Shown here in pieces: positions 1 through 13,334 of a DNA stretch of 64,000 nt. The DNA is from Octopus sinensis (taxonomy: Eukaryota): positions 22,568,001 through 22,632,000 of the forward strand of contig NC_043013.1 of NCBI RefSeq assembly GCF_006345805.1, read 5' to 3'. Under the pieces are notes generated by a model. It saw only the letters and a program-made list of their open reading frames with translations, made no database searches and was not told the DNA's origin. A program made the translations under genes and the position numbers. The stretch's first letter is position 1; the number at the start of each line of letters is the position of its first letter.

Positions 1-904
1 AAGGTGTGTCGGGACATGACTGACTGATTGGTGATTCATCAGTTTCCAACGTGCTTTGTACAGGTCTCTTGGTGTGGGTTAGAGCAATACAATGAACTTA
101 TCTACCTTAATTACACAAGGCTTTGGTCGGCCCAAGGCTATAATAGAAAACATTTGTCCAAGGTGCCACGCTGTGGGACTGAACTCAGAACCATGTGGTT
201 GGTAAGCAAGCTACTTACCACACTGCCACTCCTGTAGTTTTTTCAGATAAACGAAGCCCTTAGACAAAATCAAAGATTCTTTTAAAAGCCTGATTTGGTA
301 ATTTTGCAGAATATTCATTGCGTGATATCTATTGACAGCTAAGTGGACTGAGCAGAGAAGTGTATTATTATTATTATTTTATTTTGCTTTCACACTGTAT
401 TACAATGGAAGTTCAGTTAACAGAATTGGAATAACCAAACCTGGTGCCAGTCTAAACTGTAATAAGCCTGCAACGTGTTCTTGGAGATTTGGGCACACAA
501 AAGATGTCTCAGAACCTGAAAGTGGGTTCAGAAAGGAACAACTGTTAGCTATTGAGAATGGAAAATGTAATGATGGTTGCTTTTGATGTGATCCTTTGGA
601 GGCACATGTACCATTATGACTCTCCCAGGAATTGTAGGTGAATATAGATGGACCTGCTTTTTTTTTTTTTTTTAGTCCATTTATTTGTCTTTTCCACTTG
701 CAGAAACTTCTATATTATTTCCATGTCAATGTTATAGTGCCACAAATAGTTAACTGACTATGTAAGGCACGTGTGTTCCAAGAAATCCTTCAGTTCTGTG
801 AAAAGTTTTAGGGTTCTGCAAAATAAGGTGTTTTTTAATTAAATTTTATTAGATTCAGACCATGCAACAACACATTAATTACATTTAGTTTATAAAATAA
901 TGCT

Positions 905-1103
905 ATTTCTTTTTTTACTTGTTTCAGTCATTTGACTGTGGCCATGCTGGAGCACTGCCTTTAGTGGAGCAAGTCGACCCCCATGGCTTATTCTTTGTAA
1001 ACCTAGTACCTATTCTATTGGTCTCTTTGGCCGAACCGCTAAGTTACGGGGACGTAAACACACCAGCATCGGTTGTCAAGCGATGTTGGGGGGAAAAAAA
1101 CAG

Positions 1104-1134
<31 letters not shown>

Positions 1135-1305
1135 CATATATATGACGGGCTTCTTTCAGTTTCCATCTACCAAATCCACTCACAAGGCTCTGGTCGGCCT
1201 GAGGCTATAGCAGAAGACACTTACCCAAGGTGCTACACAGTCGGACTGAACCCGGAACCATGTGGTTCGTAAGCAAGCTACTTACCACACAGCCACTCCT
1301 ACGCC
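905..1305 (-). mobile_element. tRNA-derived Octopus-type SINE (family A), near full length with internal (TA/CA)n
   Basis: Minus-strand head ggcgtaggagtggctgtgtggtaagtagcttgcttacgaaccacatggttccgggttcag; further copies or parts at ~40-235, 2110-2265, 5400-5642, 15165-15500, 28345-28560, 29360-29520, 32005-32390, 33110-33330, 40670-40870, 57670-57900, 61140-61310. Confidence 0.85.
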
Positions 1306-1804
1306 TATTGTTTATTACATGTATATATATATATATTATATATGAATAAACTCCCTTAAAAGCAATTACTCTTTCATTCCAGGTCCTATTCAAATTAGGG
1401 TAGCAAGAATTATTTGTAAAATAGATTTGGATTCTGTAAAGTTTTGTTAATTGTATAAGATTTGGGGGAACACCGATATAAGATGTTTAACTTCCTGGCT
1501 GCTGAGTCACGCAAGTAATTAATTTCTAAATTTGCAGAAGTAGCCAACCCATGATTAGCCTGAAAAATAAATTGTTTTAATCTTTTGCTAGTTTCAGTCA
1601 TTACTCTGAGACCAAATAGGGGCATCAACTTCAAGAATTTTTGTCAAAATTAGCAATTTCATGGCATGTTCCAGTTTTTTAATTTATTTTATCAATAGAG
1701 GCAAAGTGGCCAAGTTCCTTTTGAGTGTTGTGGTGGCAATGACCGAGATCTTTGGAATTATGTTGTGCTTGAGAAGAAGACCCATCAAGACAAGCAAAAT
1801 TGCA

Positions 1805-1998
1805 GTCATGGCAGATACTGGTGTCATGCAAATGGCACCTGTGCCAGTGGCACGTAAAAGCACTACACTCTGAGTGGTTGGCGTTAGGAAGGGCATGCAG
1901 CCATAGAAAACCATGCCAAATCGCACTTCCAGCTTACCAACCCTCGTCAAACTGTCCAACCCATTCCAGCATTGGCAGTGGATGCTAAATGATGAGGA
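1805..1998 (+). mobile_element. RTE LINE 3' UTR fragment (family C)
   Basis: gtgccagtggcacgtaaaagcac...gttaggaagggcat...ccaaccca...(GAT)n tail; same tail is attached to RTE coding sequence at 45925-46655; other copies ~3105-3240, 8660-8840, 24690-25027, 28945-29350, 32490-32838, 36790-37083, 38425-38662, 54170-54570, 59015-59310. Confidence 0.8.
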
Positions 1999-2512
1999 TC
2001 TGTTTATCAAACCACGTATTTACTGGATATAAAGGGATACAATATAAACAACATCAACCCTTGTTTTTAGACCTACATAAGCAAAGACTTCACACACATA
2101 TCTAAGTGTATTCTATATCTATGACAAGCTTCAGAACAGTTTCTGTCTGAGGTGTTGGTCAGCCTAAGGTTCATTAAAAGATTCTTTGCTCAAAGTGCTC
2201 TGCTGTGGAATTGAACCCAAACCCCTTTGGCTGTAAAGCAAACTGTTTAACCACACAGCCATGCTGATCCTCTATCCATCGGTCTGTCTCTTTCTATAGA
2301 AATATTTAAAAATTATATTTCGGTTTTGGATTTGGTTTGTAATATTCTTTATATGAGTTTGTGTGTTGAAGCATATTCTGTTGTGTCTGGGGAGAGTCAT
2401 TTTCTTTTTGTGCCTTATAATGTAACACACTCACTGGTAAAATTTCCACTTTTTTCTTATTTTTATTTTCCTAAAATTTTCGTTGCGTCTTGCAACCTTT
2501 TCTATAGTTTTG

Positions 2513-2566
<54 letters not shown>

Positions 2567-3317
2567 GATATAAGAAAAAGCAAGCTTTTATTTAAATTTA
2601 TTCTGTTGTGAATCATAAAAGAAAGAAAGAGCAAGAGAAATAGGTTATCTAAAAAGAAAAGGGTGTGTTTATTATAGATCCAGTTTCTAATGGCGTAACC
2701 TTACTTAATCTCAGCATATTTATTATTACCATGACACGAAACCAAATGAAAAGTTGCTTTCAGATGACATTGTTTTTGCAATATAAATCAATATATATTC
2801 TTTCTATGAAGCTGTTTCATATTCTGGCCTTTCTCTGCCCCCTGTAAACATTAAACACACACACATAAACAAACAAGGGCACATAAAAAAATGTAACAAA
2901 ATGTTTTGAACAGTTCACACAGTTTTCTTCCTAAAACATTAACTCACTTCCTGGTCCAGAGAGTTGGTGTAACTTTGACCTTATCCACCACTCCTTACAC
3001 ACTCACAAGCCACACACATATTATTCCTTTTTCATTTACAAATCTCTCATATTCTACTATTTTCTCAAGAGAACTGATACACGAATATCATGGGTTTGAG
3101 TCCCATACTGGCCAGCAATGTTCTTTTTACTACACTCTCGGAGTGGTCGGCATTAGGAAGGGCATCCAGCTGTAGAAAATCTGCCAGATCAAGATTGGAG
3201 TTTGGTGCAGCCATCTGGTTCGCCAGTCCTCAGTTGGTTGGTTTACAGTTGCCAATGTTTAGAACTCCAGGGACCTTGATCTCTCCTCATTTCTCATACC
3301 ATATTTGTAACCATTTC

Positions 3318-3636
3318 CCAACACGGCTTCGTGCCGAAGAGATCATGCTTGACCAACTTACTGGAAATGGAAGAATTGGTGACCGCCTATTACTTGTCAA
3401 GCTTCAAGCATATAGTTTCCATCCGGATATTGTATGATGGGTTGTTGCCCTCCTCTCAGATCGCTCCTTCCAAGTCCGAGTTAATGATTCGCGGTCCGAC
3501 ATCTCCAGTGCGAGCAGTGGCGTGCCTCAAGATTCAGTGCTTGGGCCCTTATTATTCTTAGTCTTCTTAAATGACTTGCCTGACGACCTCACGCAACACA
3601 CCCTTCTATTTGCTGACGATGTCAAACTGGTCTGAA
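3318..3636 (+). mobile_element. CR1-like LINE reverse transcriptase fragment (dead)
   Basis: QHGFVPKRSCLTNLLE ... GVPQDSVLGPLLFLVFLNDL ... LFADDVKL with internal deletion and stop. Confidence 0.9.
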
Positions 3637-4687
3637 CTCTTTACATGAACACCACCCTGTACATAACTCCATGTCCCCCTACATGGCCTTGCTTTCTGCT
3701 TTTTGAGCCAAAAAATTAACTAACTAACTAACATATATCGGAGAAGCTTTAATTGTGTTACCAACACATCCATTAAAATTACCAAATGTCATAATGAGAT
3801 TGTTGTCATTCATTATTAGGGAGTCTTCATCAAAGCAGTTCTTCCCTTAATGTAGTCATCTTGGTTGAGGTGTGTGTCTGTGTGTGCATTATTATTGCTG
3901 TCTTATTGTCCATGATTAATCTAAGCTAAGTTATTATTTTGTTACATTCAAACTACTTCATTTATTTTTTCTTACCATTTCTCTGCGAACACTATGCCTG
4001 TTCCATTCAATCCATCACTGTTTCCCATTGAAAAGAATTCAAGCTTTCATTTCTTGCCTGTGAGATGTCTGGCTGAGGCTCACCTCCATCTTACCACTTG
4101 CACACACCCACATCTACTTGCCTCCGCTTCAGTATCTCTTCAATCTCTCCCTTTCATTGTGCTAATGTGAATGGTAGCAGCTCTTTTGAGCATGACTAGA
4201 TTTCCAATGGTGGCTTGGTAGATTAGTATGTTTAATTTTTTCTTGAAATGAATAAATATTTGTACGATGTAAGGTTTTTAGTATTTTAGAAATAAATCAT
4301 TATACAATCTGATAGCTTCATTATTTGGTGTGGGTTTTTGTTTTTTCATTAATTAATTTTCCATCTCCTGCAGATGTTTTCCTCCTAATTAATATTTCAT
4401 AGAATAACTGGTTGCTTTCATTGTTCTTGTCATTGTTGACGACATTTCAAATGTTGTTGTGGATGTTTTAGTTGTTCCAGTGTTTTTGCCGATTTTTCTA
4501 TTTTAGTTGTTGTTTATAGTTGTTTCATCGGGAAAAACTGAAATGAAATAAATAAATGATGAAATGCATTTTAAAAAAGACCAGCCAAAACAGGATATGC
4601 ATTAGGATTACTTGAACTGAAACCTGGACGTGCGATATATTGGCAGAGGTGGATGGTTTCGGTTGGTTATCTTTAATGAAGAATTCA

Positions 4688-4916
4688 TTAACCCTTTCGT
4701 TACCAACCCGGCTGAAACCACCTCTGGCTCTCAGTACAAATGTCTTGTTTTCATAAGTTTTGAATTAAAATCTTCCACCAAACCTTACTCATAATTTATG
4801 TTCCTAACATTAGCTGAATGAAAACTAAGTTATTTTACTAAATTCTTTGTTATATTTAAAATTAACTGAAAGAAACACAGAACATCTCAACAGAAATATG
4901 GTAACAAAAGGGTTAA
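4688..4916. mobile_element. piggyBac-like MITE, copy 1
   Basis: TTAA-CCCTTTCGTTACCA ... TGGTAACAAAAGGG-TTAA termini. Confidence 0.8.
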
Positions 4917-4939
4917 AATATATAATAGAGAAACAATTC

Positions 4940-5167
4940 TTAACCTTTTTGATACCAACCCACCTGAAACCACCTCTGGCTCTCAGTACAAATGTCTTGT
5001 TTTCATAAGTTTTGAATTAAAACCTTCCACCAAACTTTAGTCACAATTTATGTTCCTAACACTAGCTTAATGATAACTAAGTTATTTTACTAAATTCTTT
5101 GATATATTTAAAGTAACTGAAAGAAGCTCAGAGCATCTCAACAGAAATATGGTAAAGAAAGGGTTAA
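4940..5167. mobile_element. piggyBac-like MITE, copy 2 (tandem with copy 1)
   Basis: TTAA-flanked, same body as 4688-4916, same orientation, 23 nt apart. Confidence 0.8.
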
Positions 5168-6315
5168 GTGATTAGAGCTGAGAGTGAATTTTAAAGAGTT
5201 TTGTAGAATTGAAAATGACAATAAGCTTCCATGCGAGTTTAATCTGTTTTTGTTTCTGATCCTTATCAGTGTTGTTTCTCTTCACTTATCACTTGTGGTA
5301 TTCCTTGTTGTTTAAGCCCAGATTATCCCTTCTCAGTCAGTCATTTATTTAAAAAGGCACGATACCCTTAACCGTTTTGTTCTTTTATTTGTTTCAGTGC
5401 ATGTCTTTGTGTGTGTGTGTGTGTGGTGTGTGTGTGTGTGTGTCTTTGTGTGTGTTTGTTCTCCATCACCACTCGACAACCAGTCTTGTTTTATGTGACT
5501 TAGCAGTTTGGCAAAAAGAAACCAATAGACTAAGTATGAAGCATTACAAAAAGAAAGAAGTCCTGGGGTTGATTTGCCCAACTACACCCGCCGATGTGGT
5601 GCCCCAGCATGGCCACAGTCTAATGACTGAAACAAAAGACAGGTGAATCTATGCAGGGATCCAGGCATGAGCCAGGTGTTTGACCCCCCTCCCCCTGGGC
5701 ATGGAGATCCCTTTCTTGGTTCATTGTTTATTGTTCAAGGTCAGTCAGTATTGCTCAAGCAAGACCATAGTCAAAAGACATTCCAGCCATAGCCATCAAG
5801 ACGTCCTTTTTTTTTTTTTTTTTCAGTCAGAGTGTACCTTTAGGGGTGTAAAAAAATCCCAAAATACTATCGAGTGTCCTGTTTTGAAACGGGGAGATTT
5901 AGTTGCTATTTCTAGCAGGTCAAGCAGCTGCATAAAGATTCTCTTGTTGCTTCTTTCTATGTAATTAATGGTGGCAATTATTGTAATGATAGTAATTTTG
6001 ACTGAAGACCATTTAACCTTACCCCGCTCCCGTGTCACCCCACCTCTTTCTTTCACCACTGCTTCTTTCTCTGGCTGTTCCTTTATCGACACACTCTCTC
6101 TCCCCCCTCCCCCTCTCTCTGTATCATGTATTCTGCCTTGTTTACATGTCACTGTTCGTGTCTTTGTACTTTTACTTAGACTTGTAAATTCAGTTTTATT
6201 CTCTGCATTATTTCGTCTCATTCTTGCTTTTTGTATCTTTATTGTCTTTATTTTCCTTATGTTTTATTCACATTATAATATCATGTTGCATATTTTTTTT
6301 TTCTTTCTTTTTTAG

Positions 6316-6465
6316 TTGACTTGAGGGAAGTGAAAGAAATACGACCAGGAAAGAACTCCAAAGATTTTGAGAAATGGGCTGATGAAGCTCGAAAAGCAGA
6401 CAAGAATTTGTGCTTTGTGATATTTCATGGATCAGAATTTAAACTCGCAACATTATCAATTGCTG
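6316..6465 (+). CDS. PLCG1: PLC-gamma exon (PH domain): [49 protein letters not shown]
   Basis: tttag acceptor, G|gtaaag donor, 150 nt phase 1-1; resembles PLCG1 IDIREIKEIRPGK...CFVILYGMEFRLKTLSL. Confidence 0.95.
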
Positions 6466-9400
6466 GTAAAGTATAACGAACTAACAACAACAATAATAAT
6501 AATAATAATAATAATTAATTCTTTTTATTGAAACACATGATTAGAAAACATAAAGGGACAAAACAGGACGAAAGGTTACAAAGGGTTTTGTCCATTTGTG
6601 AAAAAATCGTGTAAAAACAGTGTAACAATAAAATAATATAACAACGAAAAACTCCCAATAGGGGGAGGCGCTTCGAAAGGTTCCTGGTGGAAAAAACCCC
6701 ATAAAAGCCAACGGGAGCCTGGTCAAAAGGGGGATAGAGAGCCCCTTTCTCCTTTTATAAAACCTTTTTCAATCACAGGCGAAACCTGGCCATTCTCGCA
6801 CAATTCACCCACCTTATAATAATAGTAATAATAATAATAATCATAATTCTTCTTGCAATTTTTAAAATTCATTCAGTGTGAAATCTAGCAAAGGTTTCAT
6901 TTCTTACATGAAAAAGGAGTCGGAAAACCTCCGCAATTACGTCCCCGGGTAACAAACACTGTGTGAAGACATGCCCAAATAATATTTATAAATCCTCACA
7001 TATTTCTATTTTCTGGAATGTGCTGATGTCCGTCCTTATTGGTAATCTGTCTTTAAAAAGTGGTTGTGTATTCCATTTGTACTAATTACAAATGGAATGC
7101 TAGAGAACACATTCCTTAAGTGCCATAACGATTTCAATTTAACAATTAGGTCAGCAATTCCTTGGCTTTTCAGCTCATCTCTACACATTATAGTCATTTG
7201 GTATTGTCAGTTATTAATATACTTCATCATCATTTTTTGCATAATGGAAAATAATGCCCAATGTCTGTTGATATGTTGCTGTTCTATATTAGTTTCATAT
7301 TGTCATTTATTTTTAGATGTGGAGGTTCATAGGAGAACTGAAAAGAGCCTTTTCTTGAAGGCAAATTAAGCAAACACGAATCAGCTTTGCTATGGAATAA
7401 ACATTGTTTGCCAACATAATATGGCAGTCCTGGTTTAGGATGAATGTTGCTGTAATTCAGCCCCAGGAGACATCGTCTCCAGCTGGAGAGTTGGGGTGCT
7501 AGATTCCCTTGTTTGAAAATATAATGACACAGATCGTGTCGTATAGCCAGCTGGAGACGTTGTTTCCTGGGGCTAAATTACAGCAACGTTTGTCTTAAAC
7601 CAGGACTGCCATGTTATGTTGGCAAACAATCTTTACTCCAAAGTACTGTTGCTGAATATCTCTTGTTGTGAGATTTACAAATAGTAATTTTCCAGCTTTG
7701 CTATGTTATTCAATCTCCGAAAGTATATTTTGCTGAGTGAAAGTGTGTGTGGCCTAGTGGTTGGGGTATTCAACTCACAACTCAGTTGTTGTGAGTTCAA
7801 TTCCCAGTGGTTCATAGTGTCCTTGAGCAAGACACTTCATTTCACATTGCTCCATTCTTTGTCACATTCTGTGTCATGCGGAATCTTTCTGAGAGCTCTG
7901 TTAAGGGCATTATGTGTCTGTAGAACGCTCAGCTGCTTATATGTTCATTTCCTAAACCAGCAGTTCCATTGATCCGATCAGCTGGAACCTTGGTCCTCAT
8001 AACCAACAGCGTTCCAATTATGTTCCACATCTTCATAACAATGCACTGTAAATGTGTCTCCATTGGTTTCAGTCCTAATTATTCAGCTGCTTCCTCAGCT
8101 GAATTATCTGCTCTGGAATATTCAGCCACTCGTACACTAATTCAAGCAGACACTCTTAATCCTGGAGAGAATCAGCATGATGAGGCTGGACCTTTTAACA
8201 ATTCATCTGAGGGGCTTCCATACAGTTTCTGTTTATCCAGTGCCACTCACAAGGCTTAGGCCAACTCGGGGCTGTAGGAAAAGACACTTGGCCAAGATGA
8301 CAGGTTTACTGCTTCCCAAAATACACCTTAGGCAAGACACTTGTCTTCTATATTGTTGCAATTGTGTATATTCCTTTCAATAATGATGATGGCTTGTTCT
8401 TCAATGATGAATGTTGTTGCTTAAACTGTCATTCAGGCTGGATTTATTCTATCAAACCAGAATTTTGTTCATTTATGTGGAACAAGCTGAAGTTGTGGTC
8501 ATGTAAGAATATGTTTTTATAGCTGTTTACCATGGCTGTGTGATATGATGTGAAAAAACGAAGAGGGTTCCAGAACTGTTGATGTTCTGAAAAGGAAGAA
8601 CAAGGTGTAATGATTTAGTGCATAACCTGGCAGAGGAGACACACTCTGAGTTAGGAGAACAGAAAGCACTGGTGCTGGTGCCACATAAAAAGCAACGAGT
8701 ACTCTCTGTAAAGTGGTTGGCATTAGGAACTACATCAGGCTGTAGAAACCATGCCAAAACAGATAATTTTTGGACCTGGTGTGGCCTCTGGCTTTACCAG
8801 CTCCTGCCAAAACTGTCCAACCCATACCAGCATGAAAAGTCTTGTTAATTATATCTACCTTAACCCTTTAGCATTCAAACCGGCCATATCTGGCCAAAAT
8901 ATTTAACCTGTTTTATATTGAAACTGACCAGATCTCACCTCTAACCTCAGCCCTACCATATCATTCTAAAACTAAAAAATCACATCACTGAAATCTCTAA
9001 ATTACAAAATAATGCATGATTAATTCAAACCATTTTAAATAAACAAACATCACATTTGACAGAATAATCTGAACACTAAAGGGTTAATTGTTAATTATAT
9101 TCATTAATGACCTTGCTTTCACTTTTAATCACACACTCATTTACAGATAATTCTGCATCTTATTCCTCTTAAAGATTCTGTGTGTCATCTGTCACCCTCT
9201 CTCTCTCTCCCCCCCCTCTCTCTCTCTCTCTCAATTCATGTATTTGGGATGGTGCTCTGCTTATACACACACATGCACATCCTGTATTGCATGTAAAACC
9301 CTGATGAGCTGCATTGGGAAAGACTCAATCAACAACTGGTTCACAGGTCAACATGCTGTTCCCTGTATGTTGTTTCTTCTCTCTGGACCCTGACTCCTTT

Positions 9401-11255
9401 CGTGTAGCCATCTTGTCTGAACCCTAACCCCTTTCGTGTAGCCAGTTTGTCAGCCATACTTTGTCCCATTCTCTCAATCCTGCATTAAACAATTTACTTG
9501 ATCGTCCTCTAAAATTCTCTCTCTCGTCTCGGTTCTCTGAAATTCTCAAAAGCATCAGTCTTTAGGAGTTTAAGCAAAATAGGAACCACGTCAATCTGAC
9601 ACAGTCTGAGAGAGAGAGAGAGTCTAGGAGGCTGGAGGTGCTGTTCCACTTCTGACTAATTAATTAAAAACAACTGCACTGGAGCAATGACAGCAGAACA
9701 GTAAGATAAATAGGAATGGAAAGGAAAAAAAGGCATGAATATCGTGAAATCTCGTCTCTGAGACCTAAAAATCTGAGACCTTGTGCTTGTCTAAGAATTC
9801 ATTAATAAATTTTTTTTTTTTTTCCTTAACCAAAATGTTATTCTTACTCAATTAGAAACTATTTTAAGAGGTCTGTGTCTTTCCTTTCTTTTTGTTGTTT
9901 GTAATATTTTCTGGCAGTGTTGATGTTGGCAGTGGAAAGGAAAGTTTAAAAGAAAATATTCTTTGTTTGAAAGTGAAATTAGGTGAAGGGCAGAGTGAGC
10001 TGAAGAATTAAGTAATTGAATAAATAAATAAAGTATTTATGAAAATGTTTAACAACCATCCATAGTTCTAGATTATAAAGTTCAGGGTTGTTGATCCTTT
10101 TTGTTTATTCTTTGAATGTTGATGCTAATACACCATGGTTTTTTGGGGGTTTTTTTTCGGCAGCTGTAGTTGGGCAGTTCAGAATGAAATAACTTTGTTG
10201 ATGTTTTCTTTTAAAATAATCAAAAATATGCACTTATATAGGAAAGAGAAATAAAACTGTGTCTGAAGGAAAAAAATATGTATTTTTAGTACGAGTTAAA
10301 AAAAACCTAATTGTGGGCGATGTTGGTGAGGGTGATGTTGGAATGAATAATTTGACAAGAAGCTAAGAAAATGGATTATTTATTAAGGGTACACAGAATG
10401 GTTTCTTTGAAATTAAATCAAAGTGAAGAATTTTGTGTTTACTATGAGCAGAAAGCAACTTATAGATTAGTAATGTGTGGTCAATGAAGATCTTTTAAAA
10501 CAGGAAAGATTACCATTTTCAAATGTGGTTTGAGGGATTCTAAAATGCACCATGTCTTTAACAAGACATGGTGCATTTTAGAATCCCTCGGATGATGCTC
10601 TTAGCGCTCCACTGGCACAGGTGCCAGTCATCAAATTTGCCTGTGTAGAGTAGAATAGTTAGTGGACTGTTATGTAGATAGATATATGTGTGTGTATGCA
10701 CACGTATTAATTTTTTTTTGTATGTAAGCATATGGATATGAAAATAAACAGATCAACATACAGACGGGTAGGTACATAGATTATAAGAACAGACAAGCAC
10801 ACACACGCAAATGGAGACTGAAACACATGACCATATATACACACACACTTTACTCCACACAAGGACACATATGGAGACACGGGTCCACACATATAGAGAT
10901 GCATATCCATACATACAAACATGGTACATAGTTGCAAAACACACATACACACACAGACATGCACACACAAGGTGACAGAGGTGCATACATATACAAACAC
11001 ATGCTTACACACACACATGGGACCCGGTTGTGGCCTGCAGTCCAGTGGCTGGAGATATCTGCTCTATAGGATTGGACACTTATCAATAAGTACCACTGAC
11101 CATGAATAGTCAAATAATTGACTTTGTTGAATTAATTAATGCATGGCATAAAAATTTTGGATCGTTTATTACTGAAACTATTCACTTGCTAAAGAAGTAC
11201 CAGTTGACCAGCAAGCGATTTAAGTTTATAATTAAAAGCCATTATTAACCATTTA

Positions 11256-11294
<39 letters not shown>

Positions 11295-11761
11295 TACAAC
11301 AAAACATTCAACAAAATATTAAGGAAAGACCCTTACAGGTCATTCGACTCACTGTGAGTCGAATGACCTGTAAGGGTCTTTCCTTAATATTTTGTTGAAT
11401 ATATTATATAGTCTGTGACTATTTCTATTTTCTCACTTGACCGCTGGTTGCAGAAAATTTTTCTTGAATTTTTTCTTGAATTTTTTGCTACCCTATATTG
11501 ATAATATATATATATATATATACGAGAAAAAAGCAACAAGAATGGATTAGTTTTTCAGTACAATTGTTTCATACGAAGACAAGCTTTATTAAAAGCTCCA
11601 AATATTGCAGCAAATACAAGTGTGCAGTACTCATCAGCCAAAACACATATGAGTTCTCCAAGCATCCTAGTGGGTGAGGCTACACTCATGAAATATCGGA
11701 GATAGTTCTATAAAAAGCAAATTTAGGTTGTAAGCAGACTTCCAAAGTTCTTAATTGCTTT

Positions 11762-11801
<40 letters not shown>

Positions 11802-12888
11802 ATAAACCAACCGTATCTGACCACCAAACTATTCAATCTTTTATATGTTGAAACCAGTCAGATCTGGCCTCTCACACCCACCCTGCAATGTCATTGTCAA
11901 AATAAACAATCACATCACTGAAATCTAAAAGCTACCAGATTATGCATGATGAATTCAAAACAATCCAAATAAATAAACGAAAGAGAAGTAATCTGAACGC
12001 TACAGGGTTAAGAAGGTATCATTGCAACCTCTAGATTTCTCTCTCATTTAGTTTATATTACAAAGAGTTTTTTATAATATGTTCTCCCTCTTCTCAAGGG
12101 TAACACTATGATTTCCAATCCATAATGGAATCTTCTGGAGAATTTTGTAACTTCTATGACATTAGTTGATTTATTCTGGGTTAGGTTGTGTAATGGATTA
12201 TACACCCTCCTGCAGTCCTCCGTTCGCTCCACCCATTGCTTGTGTTAGCACCAGGCTTATTAAGTAACGAGTCCTTTGTTGATCTCAGAGCAATCATAAT
12301 AACACCAAGCTTTTCATTGTTCTGTCTGTCACTTCTGCCATTTTTTTTTTTCCTTTCCTTTTTTCTTTTTGCTTTTTAACCGAACTTAGTTTTAAATATA
12401 CTTTGCAAAACTCATAACATTACACACGTCTGAACTTACCCGGAGTGTGTGACTGTATGTGTTTCTCCGTCTCTATGACAAATGTAGATTTGAAAGTAGG
12501 TTCCATGCTGGCTGAGTTTCTGACTCAGTTTTGATTCCAAGTTGAATGTAGATTATTCCACGTCTCCAATGTACTTTGCAGCAGCATGAACACCTCAAGC
12601 CACATTCTTCTCTTTACATTACGACAATCTGCAGTTCTGCATTCCTTCCTGGAGAAGATGATGGCTAACCATTCCACTGCTATACCTTCTGTTTTAAACA
12701 TGCACAGAGGTAGTTGCAACATGCAGCACCTGAAGATGGCTGGAATTATTTGAAAGGCATCCCTCTCCCCACTTCTTTCATGTAACTCTCTCCCTCCTTC
12801 TCTCTCTCTCTCTCCCTCTCTCTCTCTCCCTCTCTCTCTCTCTCCCTCCCTCCCTCTTTCTCTCTCTCTCTCTCTCTCCCTCCCCCTC

Positions 12889-12939
<51 letters not shown>

Positions 12940-13303
12940 GATCCACTTTGTCATCATTTTGTGGCAATTTTCTATTTCAGGAAAACATGTGTTATATATT
13001 TATATATATGTGTGTAGTTTAAATTTACAGAAAAACAAAAGACAAAGACAGGTGTATGAACAACGAGCAGGTGTATCAGTTTGACATTTGGGAAAAATGA
13101 AAAAGTCATTTATGTTTTGAGCCTACGCTCTTCAACAGAAAGGAATAAGAGAAAATAAACAAAGAGAGAGTAAAAGAAAAACTTGTGGATTTAGTAGTCA
13201 AGCGTATATATATATATATTCACAGTATATATCTATTTATGTATATATGTTTGTATATCTGTATGTGTATATACATCTGTATGTATGTATATATGTATGT
13301 GGG

Positions 13304-13334
<31 letters not shown>

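Larger units (their letters stand above)
11245..12011. mobile_element. piggyBac-like MITE interrupted by ~540 bp of (TA)n-bounded insertions
   Basis: ttaaccatttagcat at 11245; body resumes ~11803 and ends cagggttaa at 12011, matching 8860-9087. Confidence 0.65.

Noticed and set aside
1-6315. First coding exon of PLC-gamma
   Set aside because: No sequence encoding the expected N-terminal PH strands found; it must lie upstream of the window.
6379-6394. CTGATGA...GAAA hammerhead-like core in the PH exon
   Set aside because: Only 5 nt between the boxes, no stem II or stem III; explained by codons for ADEARK.
9295-9335. CTGATGAG...GGGAAAG hammerhead-like motif
   Set aside because: No stem II pairing and no GUH cleavage site; at most a heavily decayed repeat.
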